The notes beneath the pieces are model-generated. The model had not been told where the DNA came from. It saw only the letters and a program-made list of their open reading frames with translations, and made no database searches. A stretch of DNA of 64,000 nt from an uncultured Anaerolineaceae bacterium (GTDB taxonomy: Bacteria; Chloroflexota; Anaerolineae; Anaerolineales; UBA4823), in assembly GCA_964547225.1 (NCBI GenBank), contig CAZJMV010000052.1:143-64142 (forward strand). Reading direction: 5' to 3'. The number at the start of each line of letters is the position of its first letter. Within the stretch, counting starts at the first letter, position 1. Positions 18,291 through 28,741 of the stretch are shown one piece after another. The position numbers and the translations under genes are program-made.

Positions 18291-18929
18291 ATGCAACAAA
18301 CTTTTGTAAAAATTGTTAATGATAATTCGAGTAAAGGAAAATTAGCGAGAATAGTTTCGGATATTATTAGCCCTCCGTTAGTTTACGCAGTAATGGGCTT
18401 CGTTTTTAGTTGGTATGAATTGAGTTTCTGGGATGGATTGATTTGGGGCGTATTATATGGTTTTCTTATCAGTTTAATTCCCGTTCTAACGGTATGGTAT
18501 TCATATCGAATTGGCAAAGTTCAGGATATGCATATCAGTAAAACTGAACAACGGCGGACACCTTATTTATTAAGTATTGTCGGTGCGTTAATTATTATCA
18601 TTGTTATTTTGGTATTAGATGGACCAAAATTGTTGCTTACGCTTGCCGTATGCAACCTTATAGGGTTAACAATTCTATTCTTGATAAATTTCTGTTGGTT
18701 AATAAGCAGTCATATGGCTAGTATTAGCATGGCAACATTATTATTGACGATTAATTTCGGATATCTAGTTGGTATGTTTACAATTCCATTCGTACTCTTA
18801 GTTTATTGGTCACGAATTGAACTTAAACGGCACTCAGCGATGCAAATGTTAGCTGGTTTGATTGTTGCTATTTTAGCAGTTTTTGGTTATTTAACTTTAC
18901 TTGGGAGCACTGCATTTCTGCAATTGTAA
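18291..18929 (+). CDS. PAP2-like integral membrane protein
   Basis: ISSH and WSRIELKRHSAMQMLAG motifs with several TM helices. Confidence 0.6.
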   Translation: MQQTFVKIVNDNSSKGKLARIVSDIISPPLVYAVMGFVFSWYELSFWDGLIWGVLYGFLISLIPVLTVWYSYRIGKVQDMHISKTEQRRTPYLLSIVGALIIIIVILVLDGPKLLLTLAVCNLIGLTILFLINFCWLISSHMASISMATLLLTINFGYLVGMFTIPFVLLVYWSRIELKRHSAMQMLAGLIVAILAVFGYLTLLGSTAFLQL

Positions 18930-18948
18930 AAATGTTCAATGAACAAAT

Positions 18949-20547
18949 ATGAAAACAAAATATAAAAATATTGTTTTTATCGTTATAGATACACATCGAA
19001 AAGATCGATTAGGAATGTATGGTTGTAAGCGAAAAACTTCCCCTAATCTAGATCATTTTGCTAGTCAAGGAACAATATTTGAAAATGCAGTTTCGCCTGC
19101 ACAATGGACAATACCAGCACATGCATCCATGTTTAGTGGGGAATATCCAAGTGTGCATCAAACTAATCAATCTGGACTTTCACTTGATCCCTATTTCCGT
19201 ACTATTGCTGAATATTTAAGCGCTGTAGGTTATCAAACCAATGGATTTTGCAATAATCCATTGGTGGGAGTGTTAGATAATGGTTTAAAACGCGGTTTTC
19301 ATACTTTTTATAACTATGGTGGAGCATTTCCATCAATACCAGCAACTGAAAGTAAAGGTGTATTATCATCTTTGGGTCAATTATGGGAACGTTATACCCA
19401 GCTATTAAGAAGAATATCTTATCCAATTCAAAATGCTGTAGCTAAATCTGAAAAAATACTAAAACTTTCATTGAAGCCGATTTTTGTTCCACTCTGGATA
19501 AGTTTTGCGAATTTCAAAGGGGATACAGTTACATCTATTCGCGACACTACAAATTATTTACAAAGGATTAGAGCTAGCCAAGACACAAAGCCTCAGTTTG
19601 TGTTCTTAAATTTAATGGAGACTCATTTACCTTTCACACCTCCAGAAGAATTTACCAAGAGATTTGTACCCTATTTGGATGAAGAAAGGGCTGCTAAAGA
19701 TTTTATGCGTGTATATAACACCAAGGCACTACGTTGGTTATTACCAATGGAGGAACCATTTTCTAGTTTGGAATTTGAAACACTTAGCGATTTTTATGAT
19801 GCAGAAGTAGCCTACCAAGATCATTTAATGGGAAGATTATTGGAGGAATTAAACTCTTCTTATCATCAAGAAAATACAATGGTTATCATTGTCGCTGACC
19901 ACGGAGAGATGTTGGGCGAGAACAATTTTATGGGGCATAGTTTCAGATTGTATCCTGAATTAATCCATGTGCCTTTAATAATCCGTTATGCAGGACAATA
20001 TGAAGCGAAAACGGTAAAAGATATCACTTCAACGACTCAATTATTTCATACAATTATCGATCATGCAGAAGTTTTTGATCGTCTAAATGGAAAATCTGAT
20101 AGAGAAAAAAGGCTCGAAGAGGAGATTTTTGAGCTTTCGTTGAAAAAAAAGGTCGATAGTCAATACAATGCTAATCTTAAGGAGATCTTTTCAGAAGCAT
20201 TTCCCCCAGAGAATGTAATAAAAATTCTTGAGAATCACGATCCCCTATTAATTGAAAAATTTTCTGTGCGATCTAAATTCAATGCTGTTTATAGCCAAGA
20301 AGGATATAAAATGATAAGAGCTGATGGATTTACTGATCAGATCTTCAAGATTAATTTTGAGAAGGGATTTGATAATCTAATCGAGAAAATGGATGAATTA
20401 TCTGTTTATATTGATATGGATCGAGCTTTGAGAGAATTTCTCAACAACGCCAAAATCAGACAACCCGATCATTGGTCGAATGATGCTGTTTCCGTTGAAG
20501 ACGAAATAATCAAACAGCGGCTAAGGAATTTGGGATATCTCGAATAG
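18949..20547 (+). CDS. Sulfatase-like hydrolase (alkaline phosphatase superfamily)
   Basis: IVIDTHRKD, WTIPAHASMFSG, ETHLP, ADHGE and HVPLIIR motifs; C-terminal RLRNLGY. Confidence 0.85.
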   Translation: MKTKYKNIVFIVIDTHRKDRLGMYGCKRKTSPNLDHFASQGTIFENAVSPAQWTIPAHASMFSGEYPSVHQTNQSGLSLDPYFRTIAEYLSAVGYQTNGFCNNPLVGVLDNGLKRGFHTFYNYGGAFPSIPATESKGVLSSLGQLWERYTQLLRRISYPIQNAVAKSEKILKLSLKPIFVPLWISFANFKGDTVTSIRDTTNYLQRIRASQDTKPQFVFLNLMETHLPFTPPEEFTKRFVPYLDEERAAKDFMRVYNTKALRWLLPMEEPFSSLEFETLSDFYDAEVAYQDHLMGRLLEELNSSYHQENTMVIIVADHGEMLGENNFMGHSFRLYPELIHVPLIIRYAGQYEAKTVKDITSTTQLFHTIIDHAEVFDRLNGKSDREKRLEEEIFELSLKKKVDSQYNANLKEIFSEAFPPENVIKILENHDPLLIEKFSVRSKFNAVYSQEGYKMIRADGFTDQIFKINFEKGFDNLIEKMDELSVYIDMDRALREFLNNAKIRQPDHWSNDAVSVEDEIIKQRLRNLGYLE

Positions 20548-20594
20548 AATTTCGCATAGAGATAATTAACTATATCTTTTTTAGGAGTTTGATA

Positions 20595-21506
20595 ATGATA
20601 GACCCTGTAATTTTTACTCTGCGTATCGGTAGTATAGAACTGCCTGTTCGTTGGTATGGCATATTGATTATGACTGCGGTGGTTGTTGGCGCTTGGATTG
20701 CTGAGAGAGAGATCAAACGTAAAGGTGGTAATCCCGATTTTGTCTGGGATGCGATGCTTTATATCCTACCAGCAGGTATAATTGGCGCAAGGCTATGGTA
20801 TGTAGTTAATGATATTTTGGGAGGAAATCCAAGATTTATTGATAACCCGATCCGGATAATTAATGTGCCCGAGGGAGGATTACATATCTATGGAGCAATA
20901 CTTTTGGGAGGGTTAGCGGCTTTTTGGTACGCACGAAAATATCAAGTTGATATTTGGATGGTTTTAGATTCTATCGCACCAGGGTTATTAATCGGTCAAG
21001 CAATCGCTCGACCGGCAAATTTTATCAATCAAGAATTATATGGTCCCCCAACGGATTTAGCTTGGGGTATTCCTATTGATCCTGCTCATCGGATTTATCC
21101 ATTTCATGATTTGAGTAAATATCCTGAAAGCACCCGTTTTCATCCTACTTTTGCCTATGAAATGATTTGGAATGTTATTTCAGCTGCGTTATTAATTTAT
21201 GTTTCGCGACGATTTTCAAAGCAATTAAAACCAGGTACAATATTTGCAGGGTGGCTAATATTAGCTGGTATGGGACGATTTATCATTGAATTTTTTCGCC
21301 CTGATCAACCTCGAATACCTGGAACAGAAATCAGCTTTACGAGCGTAGTTGCTGGGTTTATGTTTTTATTTGGCAGCTTGTGGTTACTAGCACGATATCA
21401 GGTCATTCCACTAGATTTTCTTGATTTTGGGCCGGATGAATATTCTGCGAATATAAATACACTCAAAAAAGAAGATGAAAACGAAGTGCTTGATCAAAAA
21501 ATTTAA
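20595..21506 (+). CDS. lgt: Prolipoprotein diacylglyceryl transferase
   Basis: RWYG, IIGARL, EGGLHIYG, GQAIARPANFINQELYG, FHPTFAYE, RFIIEFFR. Confidence 0.92.
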   Translation: MIDPVIFTLRIGSIELPVRWYGILIMTAVVVGAWIAEREIKRKGGNPDFVWDAMLYILPAGIIGARLWYVVNDILGGNPRFIDNPIRIINVPEGGLHIYGAILLGGLAAFWYARKYQVDIWMVLDSIAPGLLIGQAIARPANFINQELYGPPTDLAWGIPIDPAHRIYPFHDLSKYPESTRFHPTFAYEMIWNVISAALLIYVSRRFSKQLKPGTIFAGWLILAGMGRFIIEFFRPDQPRIPGTEISFTSVVAGFMFLFGSLWLLARYQVIPLDFLDFGPDEYSANINTLKKEDENEVLDQKI

Positions 21507-21594
21507 CCATTAATGAATGTAGATTGGATGATTTAAATTTGAATAAAAAAACTAGCTTATTCAACGAATAAATCGGAAAGGATATCATTGTCAA

Positions 21595-23127
21595 GTGAAG
21601 AAAATAATTAATAGTAAGTACCTAATTTTGTTCCTACTATTTAGTTTTTTTTATCTTATTGCGAGTTCTGCTTGCTTACCAATAAATCTAAACATTACTT
21701 CATCGGATGCTACAATGAGATCCATTCAAATACAACAAACACAATTATCTGCTACAGGCACTTCACTGGCGAATCTGGTAAGTGGAAATCCGATCATCAC
21801 CCCAAAAGAAACGGAATCAACACCCGATCCATTTTCTTTTACGCCTTCAGCGATTATTACAGAGACGCCATTTTTTGAACCTTCTGAAACATCGACCATC
21901 GAGGGAGTAAATTATACGATTGATGAAAGAACTCTCAAATCTGCAAAGATATTGATTTTTGAAGATATGTCAGCTTCAAAACATATTCGTTACGCTAAAG
22001 AAGCTCTTGATCTTGGAGATTATTTTTATCTTGATGTTGGTAGCGCTACTGGATGGTTTAAATCCCAATTATTGTCTGCAGTTGAATGGGATTTAATTAT
22101 TGCAGCGGCTGAATCTAGAAGAGTTTTTGGGGGTGAATATTTTGAGTATATTGATCGCCGTGTGGAATCAGGTGCAAGTACGATCATAGAATATTGGGAT
22201 TGGGATGTGGCAGTCATGGGTAAACAGAAAAGCCTATTAGATCGATGTGGTGTGAATGTGCAGTCCGATTGGTTTGAACCTGATTTAAGAGTTTTTTATT
22301 GGTTAGATAATACTAATCCAATTTTTAATATCCCTAATAAAATCCCTAGTCAATTGCGAAATGCAGAAAGATTGTGGGAAGGAGATATTGGTGATCTTTT
22401 TGAAATTAAATATAAGAATGGTGAACCGGTTGGTGATGCAGTGCTTTTGGCAGGAACAAATATATCTTGGAAGGATGACCATGGAAATTTAGTCAGTTGT
22501 CTAGATGGAAGAGTGATCTTACAAGGTTTTTCATCCCATGAATATTCAAGTCAAGATATGGTACCTCTTTGGGAAAATTATATCTACAATACCTTGAAGA
22601 ATCATTTTCGTGTTTCGAATAAGATCATTCCAACACCTATGATCACATCTTCTATGATAACAACCACAATTCCGACAGTCAACGTTACTTCTGCTGTGAC
22701 AACTCCTGGTTCAGGATTTTTACTTGGTCATGATTGTGGAGGAATCTTGGAAATCAGATTAGTTGATACACCCATATATCAAAAAGATTTATTTGAGCAT
22801 CATGCCAAGGGAACATATTTAATACTAAAAATTGAGATAAATAATTTAACTAATTTCCCAATTCCAATTTGGGATCAAGATTATGAAGTACAAGGAATTG
22901 TGGATGGGAAGGAGCGATTCTATTTCACTAATAAAGCCGCGACTGGATACTTATATATAGAAGGCGCTTCAAATTTGTCACAAGATATTATTGAACCTTT
23001 TGAAAAGTGGCAAACTGAGTTAGCTTTTGATATTGATAAAGATGGGGAAGATTGGGTATTTATCGTTTCGCCCGGAAAAGAATTTGATCAACAAGTTTGT
23101 GAAGGACGAATATCTCTAATTAAATAA
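21595..23127 (+). CDS. Putative lipoprotein with Thr/Pro-rich linkers and a C-terminal Ig-like (DUF4352-like) domain
   Basis: Signal peptide ending IASSAC, T/P/S-rich linkers, C-terminal beta-rich domain (YLILKIEINN...ELAFDI). Confidence 0.6.
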   Translation: MKKIINSKYLILFLLFSFFYLIASSACLPINLNITSSDATMRSIQIQQTQLSATGTSLANLVSGNPIITPKETESTPDPFSFTPSAIITETPFFEPSETSTIEGVNYTIDERTLKSAKILIFEDMSASKHIRYAKEALDLGDYFYLDVGSATGWFKSQLLSAVEWDLIIAAAESRRVFGGEYFEYIDRRVESGASTIIEYWDWDVAVMGKQKSLLDRCGVNVQSDWFEPDLRVFYWLDNTNPIFNIPNKIPSQLRNAERLWEGDIGDLFEIKYKNGEPVGDAVLLAGTNISWKDDHGNLVSCLDGRVILQGFSSHEYSSQDMVPLWENYIYNTLKNHFRVSNKIIPTPMITSSMITTTIPTVNVTSAVTTPGSGFLLGHDCGGILEIRLVDTPIYQKDLFEHHAKGTYLILKIEINNLTNFPIPIWDQDYEVQGIVDGKERFYFTNKAATGYLYIEGASNLSQDIIEPFEKWQTELAFDIDKDGEDWVFIVSPGKEFDQQVCEGRISLIK

Positions 23128-23324
23128 TATTTAGTGGATGTTATTTTATATTTTAAAATGAAGTAGTAATTATTAATCAAACAAATCACCTTTTCTGGAT
23201 GATATATTTGTATAAGTCAATTGACGCAAATTCTAAATTTAAATCTTAGTTTTGTGAAAATTCAATTATAATCGTATTGTTATTTGAGAAAGGAAAACCA
23301 AATCTAGGAGCGAGAATAATTTCT

Positions 23325-24485
23325 ATGCTGGATAAACTACTCGATATAATCACTGTCGTTGCATGGATATGGTACGTATTATTTATAATCTTTTTAGCGA
23401 TTAAAGGATACCAGACTAACGGAATAAAGGGGGCTTTAGAAGGTATAATTTCAGTCCGCTTCATTGTTGCATTAATTGTTGTACTCATGGTTTCATTATT
23501 GAGCGTCAGTCTTGTATTTATTGAACCACAAGAAGTTGGAGTTGTTGTGTCGATGGTCTCCCCTCAGGGATATCGAGAGCAACCTTTTCGATCTGGATTA
23601 CATATGATTATTCCATTAGCAGAGCGGGTTGTCATATATCCAATTTATTGGCAAAGTTACACAATGGCATCAGAACCATTAGAGGGTAACAAGGTAGGGA
23701 ATGATGCAATAGCAGCCAGAACTTCTGATGGACAATCTGTGTATATAGATTGTTCAGTGATATTCCGTATAGATGCTAATGATGTGATTCAAATCAATAT
23801 TGATTTTCAAGAGAGATATATTCAAGATTATATTCGACCAATTCTGCGTGGTATTGTGAGAACCGAGGTTTCACAATTTACAGCCGAAGAAGTGAATAGC
23901 TCAAAAAGAAAGAACCTTGAAGCAAATCTTCAAGAATTGTTAAGAGTAGCTTTAGGGGAAAAAGGGTTTATTCTCGATCGATTCCTATTAAGAAATGTGG
24001 CTTTCTCTCCTGAATATGCAAGCGCTATAGAAGGAAAACAGGTAGCTGAACAGCAGCAAATGCAACGCGAGTATCAGGCAGAACAGATCCGGAAGTTAGC
24101 GGAGGGTACTAGAGATAAATATAAAATTGAAGCTCAGGGTAGAGCGGACGCAATAGTGATCGAAGCTGAAGCAGAAGCCAGCGCTATTCGTGTCAAAGCG
24201 CAAGCTGAGGCAGATGCCTTGAGATTGATTTCGGAGGCATTGAACAAGGACAAAGACTTGTTAACTTACCGGTATATAGAAAAATTATCTCCTGGTATAC
24301 GAGTAATGTTAGTGCCAAATGATAATCCATATATCCTTCCATTACCAGATTTGACCGGTGAATTAGAATTACAACCAACACTTCCTTCAGATCTATATAC
24401 AGAGACTTACCCGATCACTGATACCATCATACCAACAATGACACTAACAGATACCGAAACGATCACATCAACTGTGCAACCATAA
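23325..24485 (+). CDS. SPFH/prohibitin (Band 7) membrane protein
   Basis: Two N-terminal TM helices, GLHMIIP, RTSDGQ, AIEGKQVAEQ, EAEAEA coiled coil, Thr-rich tail. Confidence 0.88.
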   Translation: MLDKLLDIITVVAWIWYVLFIIFLAIKGYQTNGIKGALEGIISVRFIVALIVVLMVSLLSVSLVFIEPQEVGVVVSMVSPQGYREQPFRSGLHMIIPLAERVVIYPIYWQSYTMASEPLEGNKVGNDAIAARTSDGQSVYIDCSVIFRIDANDVIQINIDFQERYIQDYIRPILRGIVRTEVSQFTAEEVNSSKRKNLEANLQELLRVALGEKGFILDRFLLRNVAFSPEYASAIEGKQVAEQQQMQREYQAEQIRKLAEGTRDKYKIEAQGRADAIVIEAEAEASAIRVKAQAEADALRLISEALNKDKDLLTYRYIEKLSPGIRVMLVPNDNPYILPLPDLTGELELQPTLPSDLYTETYPITDTIIPTMTLTDTETITSTVQP

Positions 24486-24570
24486 CGTTTTTTATAATAA
24501 ATGGTTGCGAAAATGATGATTATGATATAATTCAAAAAAATGAAATCAGCTTTCCTAAGAGGAGTAAAAT

Positions 24571-24870
24571 ATGCAATTACTTGTTTTAATATTATTAGCA
24601 GTTGTCGTTGGTTATTTCCTTGCAAAGAGCCAATTTAGTAAGAAGATAGATGAAACCAGCGAAAAAGTCAGTCAAAATACACGCGATTTAGCAGATAGAT
24701 CTGAAAAATGGGTGAGAAGTAAATTTGGAAAGCAAGATGTTGCTGATGCTGAAGCAAGTACTCTGTCTGACGAAGACGAAATTGGCGAAATGAAAACAGC
24801 GAAGAAACGACCAAGTCGAAGAGTAAAAGAGGCTGAAGAAGAAACTAAAAGCGAAGTAATCGAGGAATAA
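24571..24870 (+). CDS. Small membrane-anchored protein with KKRPSRR motif
   Basis: AGGAG RBS, TGATATAAT promoter-like element, N-terminal TM helix, paralogous to 35827..36393. Confidence 0.75.
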   Translation: MQLLVLILLAVVVGYFLAKSQFSKKIDETSEKVSQNTRDLADRSEKWVRSKFGKQDVADAEASTLSDEDEIGEMKTAKKRPSRRVKEAEEETKSEVIEE

Positions 24871-24923
24871 ATAAAATTCATCGAAATAAAAATATGAATA
24901 AAAAAACGTGTAGTTATCCAGAG

Positions 24924-25694
24924 CTACACGTTTTTGTTATTACTCCATGTTAAAACGATGTCGACGAGTTTTTTGTACTGAGAAGAAGCCCGGCTATTGG
25001 GCGCCAATTCGAAGATAGTTTTCCCTTCGACTGCACATTCACGTAGAATAGTAGCTCGGTGAATAGGTGGTAAGAGGAGGTTTCCAAATCTTTTTTCTAA
25101 ATCTTCCAAAGTCGCCTTACTTTCGCGGGTTACGTCATCGTAAAAGGTTGGTAAGATTCCAATTATTTTTCCTTGCCAATCAAATTCTTCATGAATTCTC
25201 TTTAAGCTTCGAGCGATATTGAAAACACCATCTGAGGCTAAATAATCTACTGCACAAGGGATCAATACGCCATCAGATGCCCATAATGCTTGTTCTTGGA
25301 GTTCACCGACACTTGGTGAAGTATCAATGACAACAAAATCAATTTGATCTTCTTCAACTGATGGAAACAATCTGTTTCGTGTATAAGAGATTGGGTTTCT
25401 CTGCACACTTAATACCGTTTGGGCAGTCGCAGTCTTTCGATTACCCAAAATTACAAGTAGGTTATCACGATCGGTTAATCGAATCGTCTCAGAGGGATTA
25501 ACGTCTGTGATTAATAGATTAAATGTACCCGGCTCGGGATCCAAGCCAAGAATTGTGGCGCATTGACCTTGAGGGTCGAGATCAATTAATAAAACTCGAT
25601 ACCCTTCAAGCACAAGACCATGTGCAAGATTTACAGCAGAGGTTGTTTTCCCAACTCCGCCTTTCTGATTGGCGACCGTGATTACCTTTGTCAT
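24924..25694 (-). CDS. ParA/Soj-family ATPase (orphan)
   Basis: NQKGGVGKTT deviant Walker A, IDLDPQG, IDTSPS; no parB in the window. Confidence 0.92.
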   Translation of the reverse strand: MTKVITVANQKGGVGKTTSAVNLAHGLVLEGYRVLLIDLDPQGQCATILGLDPEPGTFNLLITDVNPSETIRLTDRDNLLVILGNRKTATAQTVLSVQRNPISYTRNRLFPSVEEDQIDFVVIDTSPSVGELQEQALWASDGVLIPCAVDYLASDGVFNIARSLKRIHEEFDWQGKIIGILPTFYDDVTRESKATLEDLEKRFGNLLLPPIHRATILRECAVEGKTIFELAPNSRASSQYKKLVDIVLTWSNNKNV

Positions 25695-25716
25695 AAGAGA
25701 GCTCCTTTAAAAAAAA

Positions 25717-27546
25717 TTATCCCTCACCGAGGTCAATTGAAGGAGGTGGTACGAAGTTATCTGGCCAAATTGTGAAATCATTGTAGATAATATCTGATAA
25801 ATCTGCTGATAATATATGTAGGCTATCGTTAAGTTGATAAATATCTTTGAATGAAAAGTGCTGCAAATCCGATGAACTAAAGTCAGCCCCTGAAAAATTT
25901 ACACCTGCCACATTGACATGGTCGATAAATTTCCCGTGTATGGTGGCATTCTTAAACTGAGCTGGACAAAAATATAGAGCAGCATTTCGCCATTCGCCTT
26001 CATCAAAGAAATTACGACCGATATCTTCACCTGTGATATTCGATTCGACGACTCTTATCTCATCATTCTCAAGCACAAAAAATTGACCATTTAAACAATC
26101 TTGGTTCATTAAAAAAGTGATGAAATCTTCATAAGTGGTATCAACGGAAAATGAAATTGTCTGCTGGCTAATGAATTTGGTATTTTTCAAGATTGGATTA
26201 ACGAGTAATGCGTCATTTAAATTAGCGCCAACAAGATTCGCATTGGTGAGATTCGCTCCTGATAAATCTGCATCCGTGAGTATAGCTGAACGTAAGTCTG
26301 CTGAATATAAATTACTCTTGCTAAGATTGGCTTGTTTGAGATTCGCGTTGCGGAAAGTAGCTTGGGATAAATCTGATAAACTCAAATTAGCTAATGCAAG
26401 GTTGGTAGAATTAAAATTGACGCCACTCAGGTTTGCTCCCACGAAATTACTTTGTGATGTGATTGATATACCATTGATCTTTTGAACCTCTCCAAAAACC
26501 ATCGGTTTGGTACTACCGGTAATGAAATCTGCGTTTGACAAATCGGCTCCACCAAGCGAAATAGCAGAGATATTGCTGCCAGCAAATTTGGCGTTGATTA
26601 GAGTTGAGCCATCGAGATTATTATAAGAAAACTTCTCTCCATCCACTAATAATTTCCATTCGGTTTCGATTAGTTTTGCATTCGTGAGAACTGTACCTGC
26701 CATATCAGAGCCAATGAAAGTGGCGTACGACAGATCAGCATTGGTTAAGTCGCCACCATCGAAATAGGTAGAGACGATTAACGCCCCAATCAATTTTGCA
26801 CCTTGCATTTCTGTGCCTGAAAGATCGGCACTATTGATTGATGCGCCTGATAAATTGACATCGGTCATGATCGAACCGAATAGACTGGCGCCATCTAGTT
26901 TGGCTCCTTGCATATTTGAATTCTTTAATTGAGCTCCCTCAATACTTGCATTTTCAAAATTAGCGCCAGTGAGATTTGCTTCACTTAAATTAGCGCCATT
27001 CAAATTCGATTCTGTGAATTGAGCTGCTGCAAGATTAGATCCTGCAAAATTTGTGTTTACCATTCTCGCTTTATCAAATATAACTGCAGAAAGAGTTGCT
27101 ACATGACTAAAATCTACATTGGTCAAAGTAGCGTTTGAAAAATTTGCACTACTAAGATTGACATTATCGACAATAGCACCTGTTAGATTAGCACCCTCAA
27201 AATTTGTGCCAATCATTATTGAATCTGTGAAATTTGCGTTTACTAAAGACGCACCTTCTAATGTTGCACCACTAAGATCTGCGCCAGAGAAGTTTGCATT
27301 ATCAAGAGATGCGCCAGTAAAATCTGTACCATTAAGAGTCGCGTTATTAAATAATGAATAATCAAGATGTCCGCGAAAGGATCTACCAGTTAAATTTTGA
27401 TTGATGCACAATTTTGGACAAGATAATAGGCTGCGTAGCAGAAAGCTTGCAGAACATAGTATTACTAATATTATCAGCAGTGTAATAAATAAACCCCAAC
27501 GTGGTTTTTTATTCTTTCTTGAAAGTTTTTTTTCATTATTTGGCAT
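25717..27546 (-). CDS. Membrane-anchored pentapeptide-repeat protein
   Basis: Basic N-terminal tail, TM helix, CPKLC cap, long A(N/D)LxxA repeats, YNDFTIWPDNF C-cap. Confidence 0.88.
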   Translation of the reverse strand: MPNNEKKLSRKNKKPRWGLFITLLIILVILCSASFLLRSLLSCPKLCINQNLTGRSFRGHLDYSLFNNATLNGTDFTGASLDNANFSGADLSGATLEGASLVNANFTDSIMIGTNFEGANLTGAIVDNVNLSSANFSNATLTNVDFSHVATLSAVIFDKARMVNTNFAGSNLAAAQFTESNLNGANLSEANLTGANFENASIEGAQLKNSNMQGAKLDGASLFGSIMTDVNLSGASINSADLSGTEMQGAKLIGALIVSTYFDGGDLTNADLSYATFIGSDMAGTVLTNAKLIETEWKLLVDGEKFSYNNLDGSTLINAKFAGSNISAISLGGADLSNADFITGSTKPMVFGEVQKINGISITSQSNFVGANLSGVNFNSTNLALANLSLSDLSQATFRNANLKQANLSKSNLYSADLRSAILTDADLSGANLTNANLVGANLNDALLVNPILKNTKFISQQTISFSVDTTYEDFITFLMNQDCLNGQFFVLENDEIRVVESNITGEDIGRNFFDEGEWRNAALYFCPAQFKNATIHGKFIDHVNVAGVNFSGADFSSSDLQHFSFKDIYQLNDSLHILSADLSDIIYNDFTIWPDNFVPPPSIDLGEG

Positions 27547-27581
27547 ATAGGTCTTTTGCCTCGATTTATTAATTATATAAA

Positions 27582-28586
27582 TTAATCTTGTTTTATGGCT
27601 GAATTTGGTACTGTGAAATCAATTGGCCATATCGTATCATCGTTGTATAAAACTCCTTGAAGATTAGCATCTGTCAACATCGGTTTAAGCCTTACTTCAG
27701 TTAATGCAGCAATGCGACTATCTTGAAGGGGTTTTGATATATTTGTTAGTAATAGCGCATCAAATAACTCTTTACCAGTTAGATCTTGGTATGAAAAGTT
27801 TTCTGAAGATTTGTATGGTTTAGGTAGAGTCAGTGTAGCGCCTAAAAGATTAGCTCCACGAAGATCAGCGCCGCTTAGGTTTGCTCCTATGAGGTTGACG
27901 CCGGTCATTTTCGCATTTTGGAGAATTGTTCCAGTGAGATTAGCTCCGAAAAACATACTGCCACTGAGGTCAATCTGGGTCATATTTGCACCTTTTAGAT
28001 CGGTAACGTTTAACCATGAACCAGTGATGCTTGCGTTTTGTAAGTTGGCACCGGAAAAGTCAGAGAAACTAAGCACAGTCCCATCAAGTTTTGTTCCTGT
28101 TAACTTTGCGCCACTTAAATTCGCATAGTCCATTTCAGTTCCGCTGAGATCAACTCCGCTCAGTTCAGTACCAAATAAGATCGCTTCTTTTAAAATGACA
28201 CCACGCATACTTGCGGTTTTCAGATCAACACGCGATAGTTTTGCACCGCGTAGATTTGCTCCATTAAGTGTGATTTCATTCATCTTAGTATTTCGTAGAT
28301 TAGCGAACGAAAGATCAGCTCCAATTAAGATAGCTTTATCTAGGTTAGCGCTCTCAAGATTTGTTTCGATAAGTTTTGCCCCAGATAAGTTACTGGCTTG
28401 GAAATTTACATTTACCATTTGTGACTTGCTAAAGTCAGCCTCCATGAATAAAGCGTTACTAAGGTCCTTGCTCGTTAATTCATGACCGCTGCACTTAGGG
28501 GGACAACCTGCAGGCAAGTTGCTTATACAACTTGAGAGAATGATTGATAAAAAGATAACAATAAAAAATAGGTATGTTTTTGGCAT
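27582..28586 (-). CDS. Pentapeptide-repeat lipoprotein
   Basis: Lipobox ILSSC, GCPPKC cap, pentapeptide repeats, YNDDTIWPIDF; start set at MPKTYL. Confidence 0.88.
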   Translation of the reverse strand: MPKTYLFFIVIFLSIILSSCISNLPAGCPPKCSGHELTSKDLSNALFMEADFSKSQMVNVNFQASNLSGAKLIETNLESANLDKAILIGADLSFANLRNTKMNEITLNGANLRGAKLSRVDLKTASMRGVILKEAILFGTELSGVDLSGTEMDYANLSGAKLTGTKLDGTVLSFSDFSGANLQNASITGSWLNVTDLKGANMTQIDLSGSMFFGANLTGTILQNAKMTGVNLIGANLSGADLRGANLLGATLTLPKPYKSSENFSYQDLTGKELFDALLLTNISKPLQDSRIAALTEVRLKPMLTDANLQGVLYNDDTIWPIDFTVPNSAIKQD

Positions 28587-28741
28587 TAAAATTCGTTGTC
28601 TATTAGTGATAAGTTTTCCTTGATTATCTAATGATTTGTTCATTTGAATTATTTGTTAGGATTGGTAAATTTTATTAGACAAGAGAAATTATATACGAAT
28701 TTTGTAATTTTTGGATGAATGATTATGAAAGGAATTTCAGA

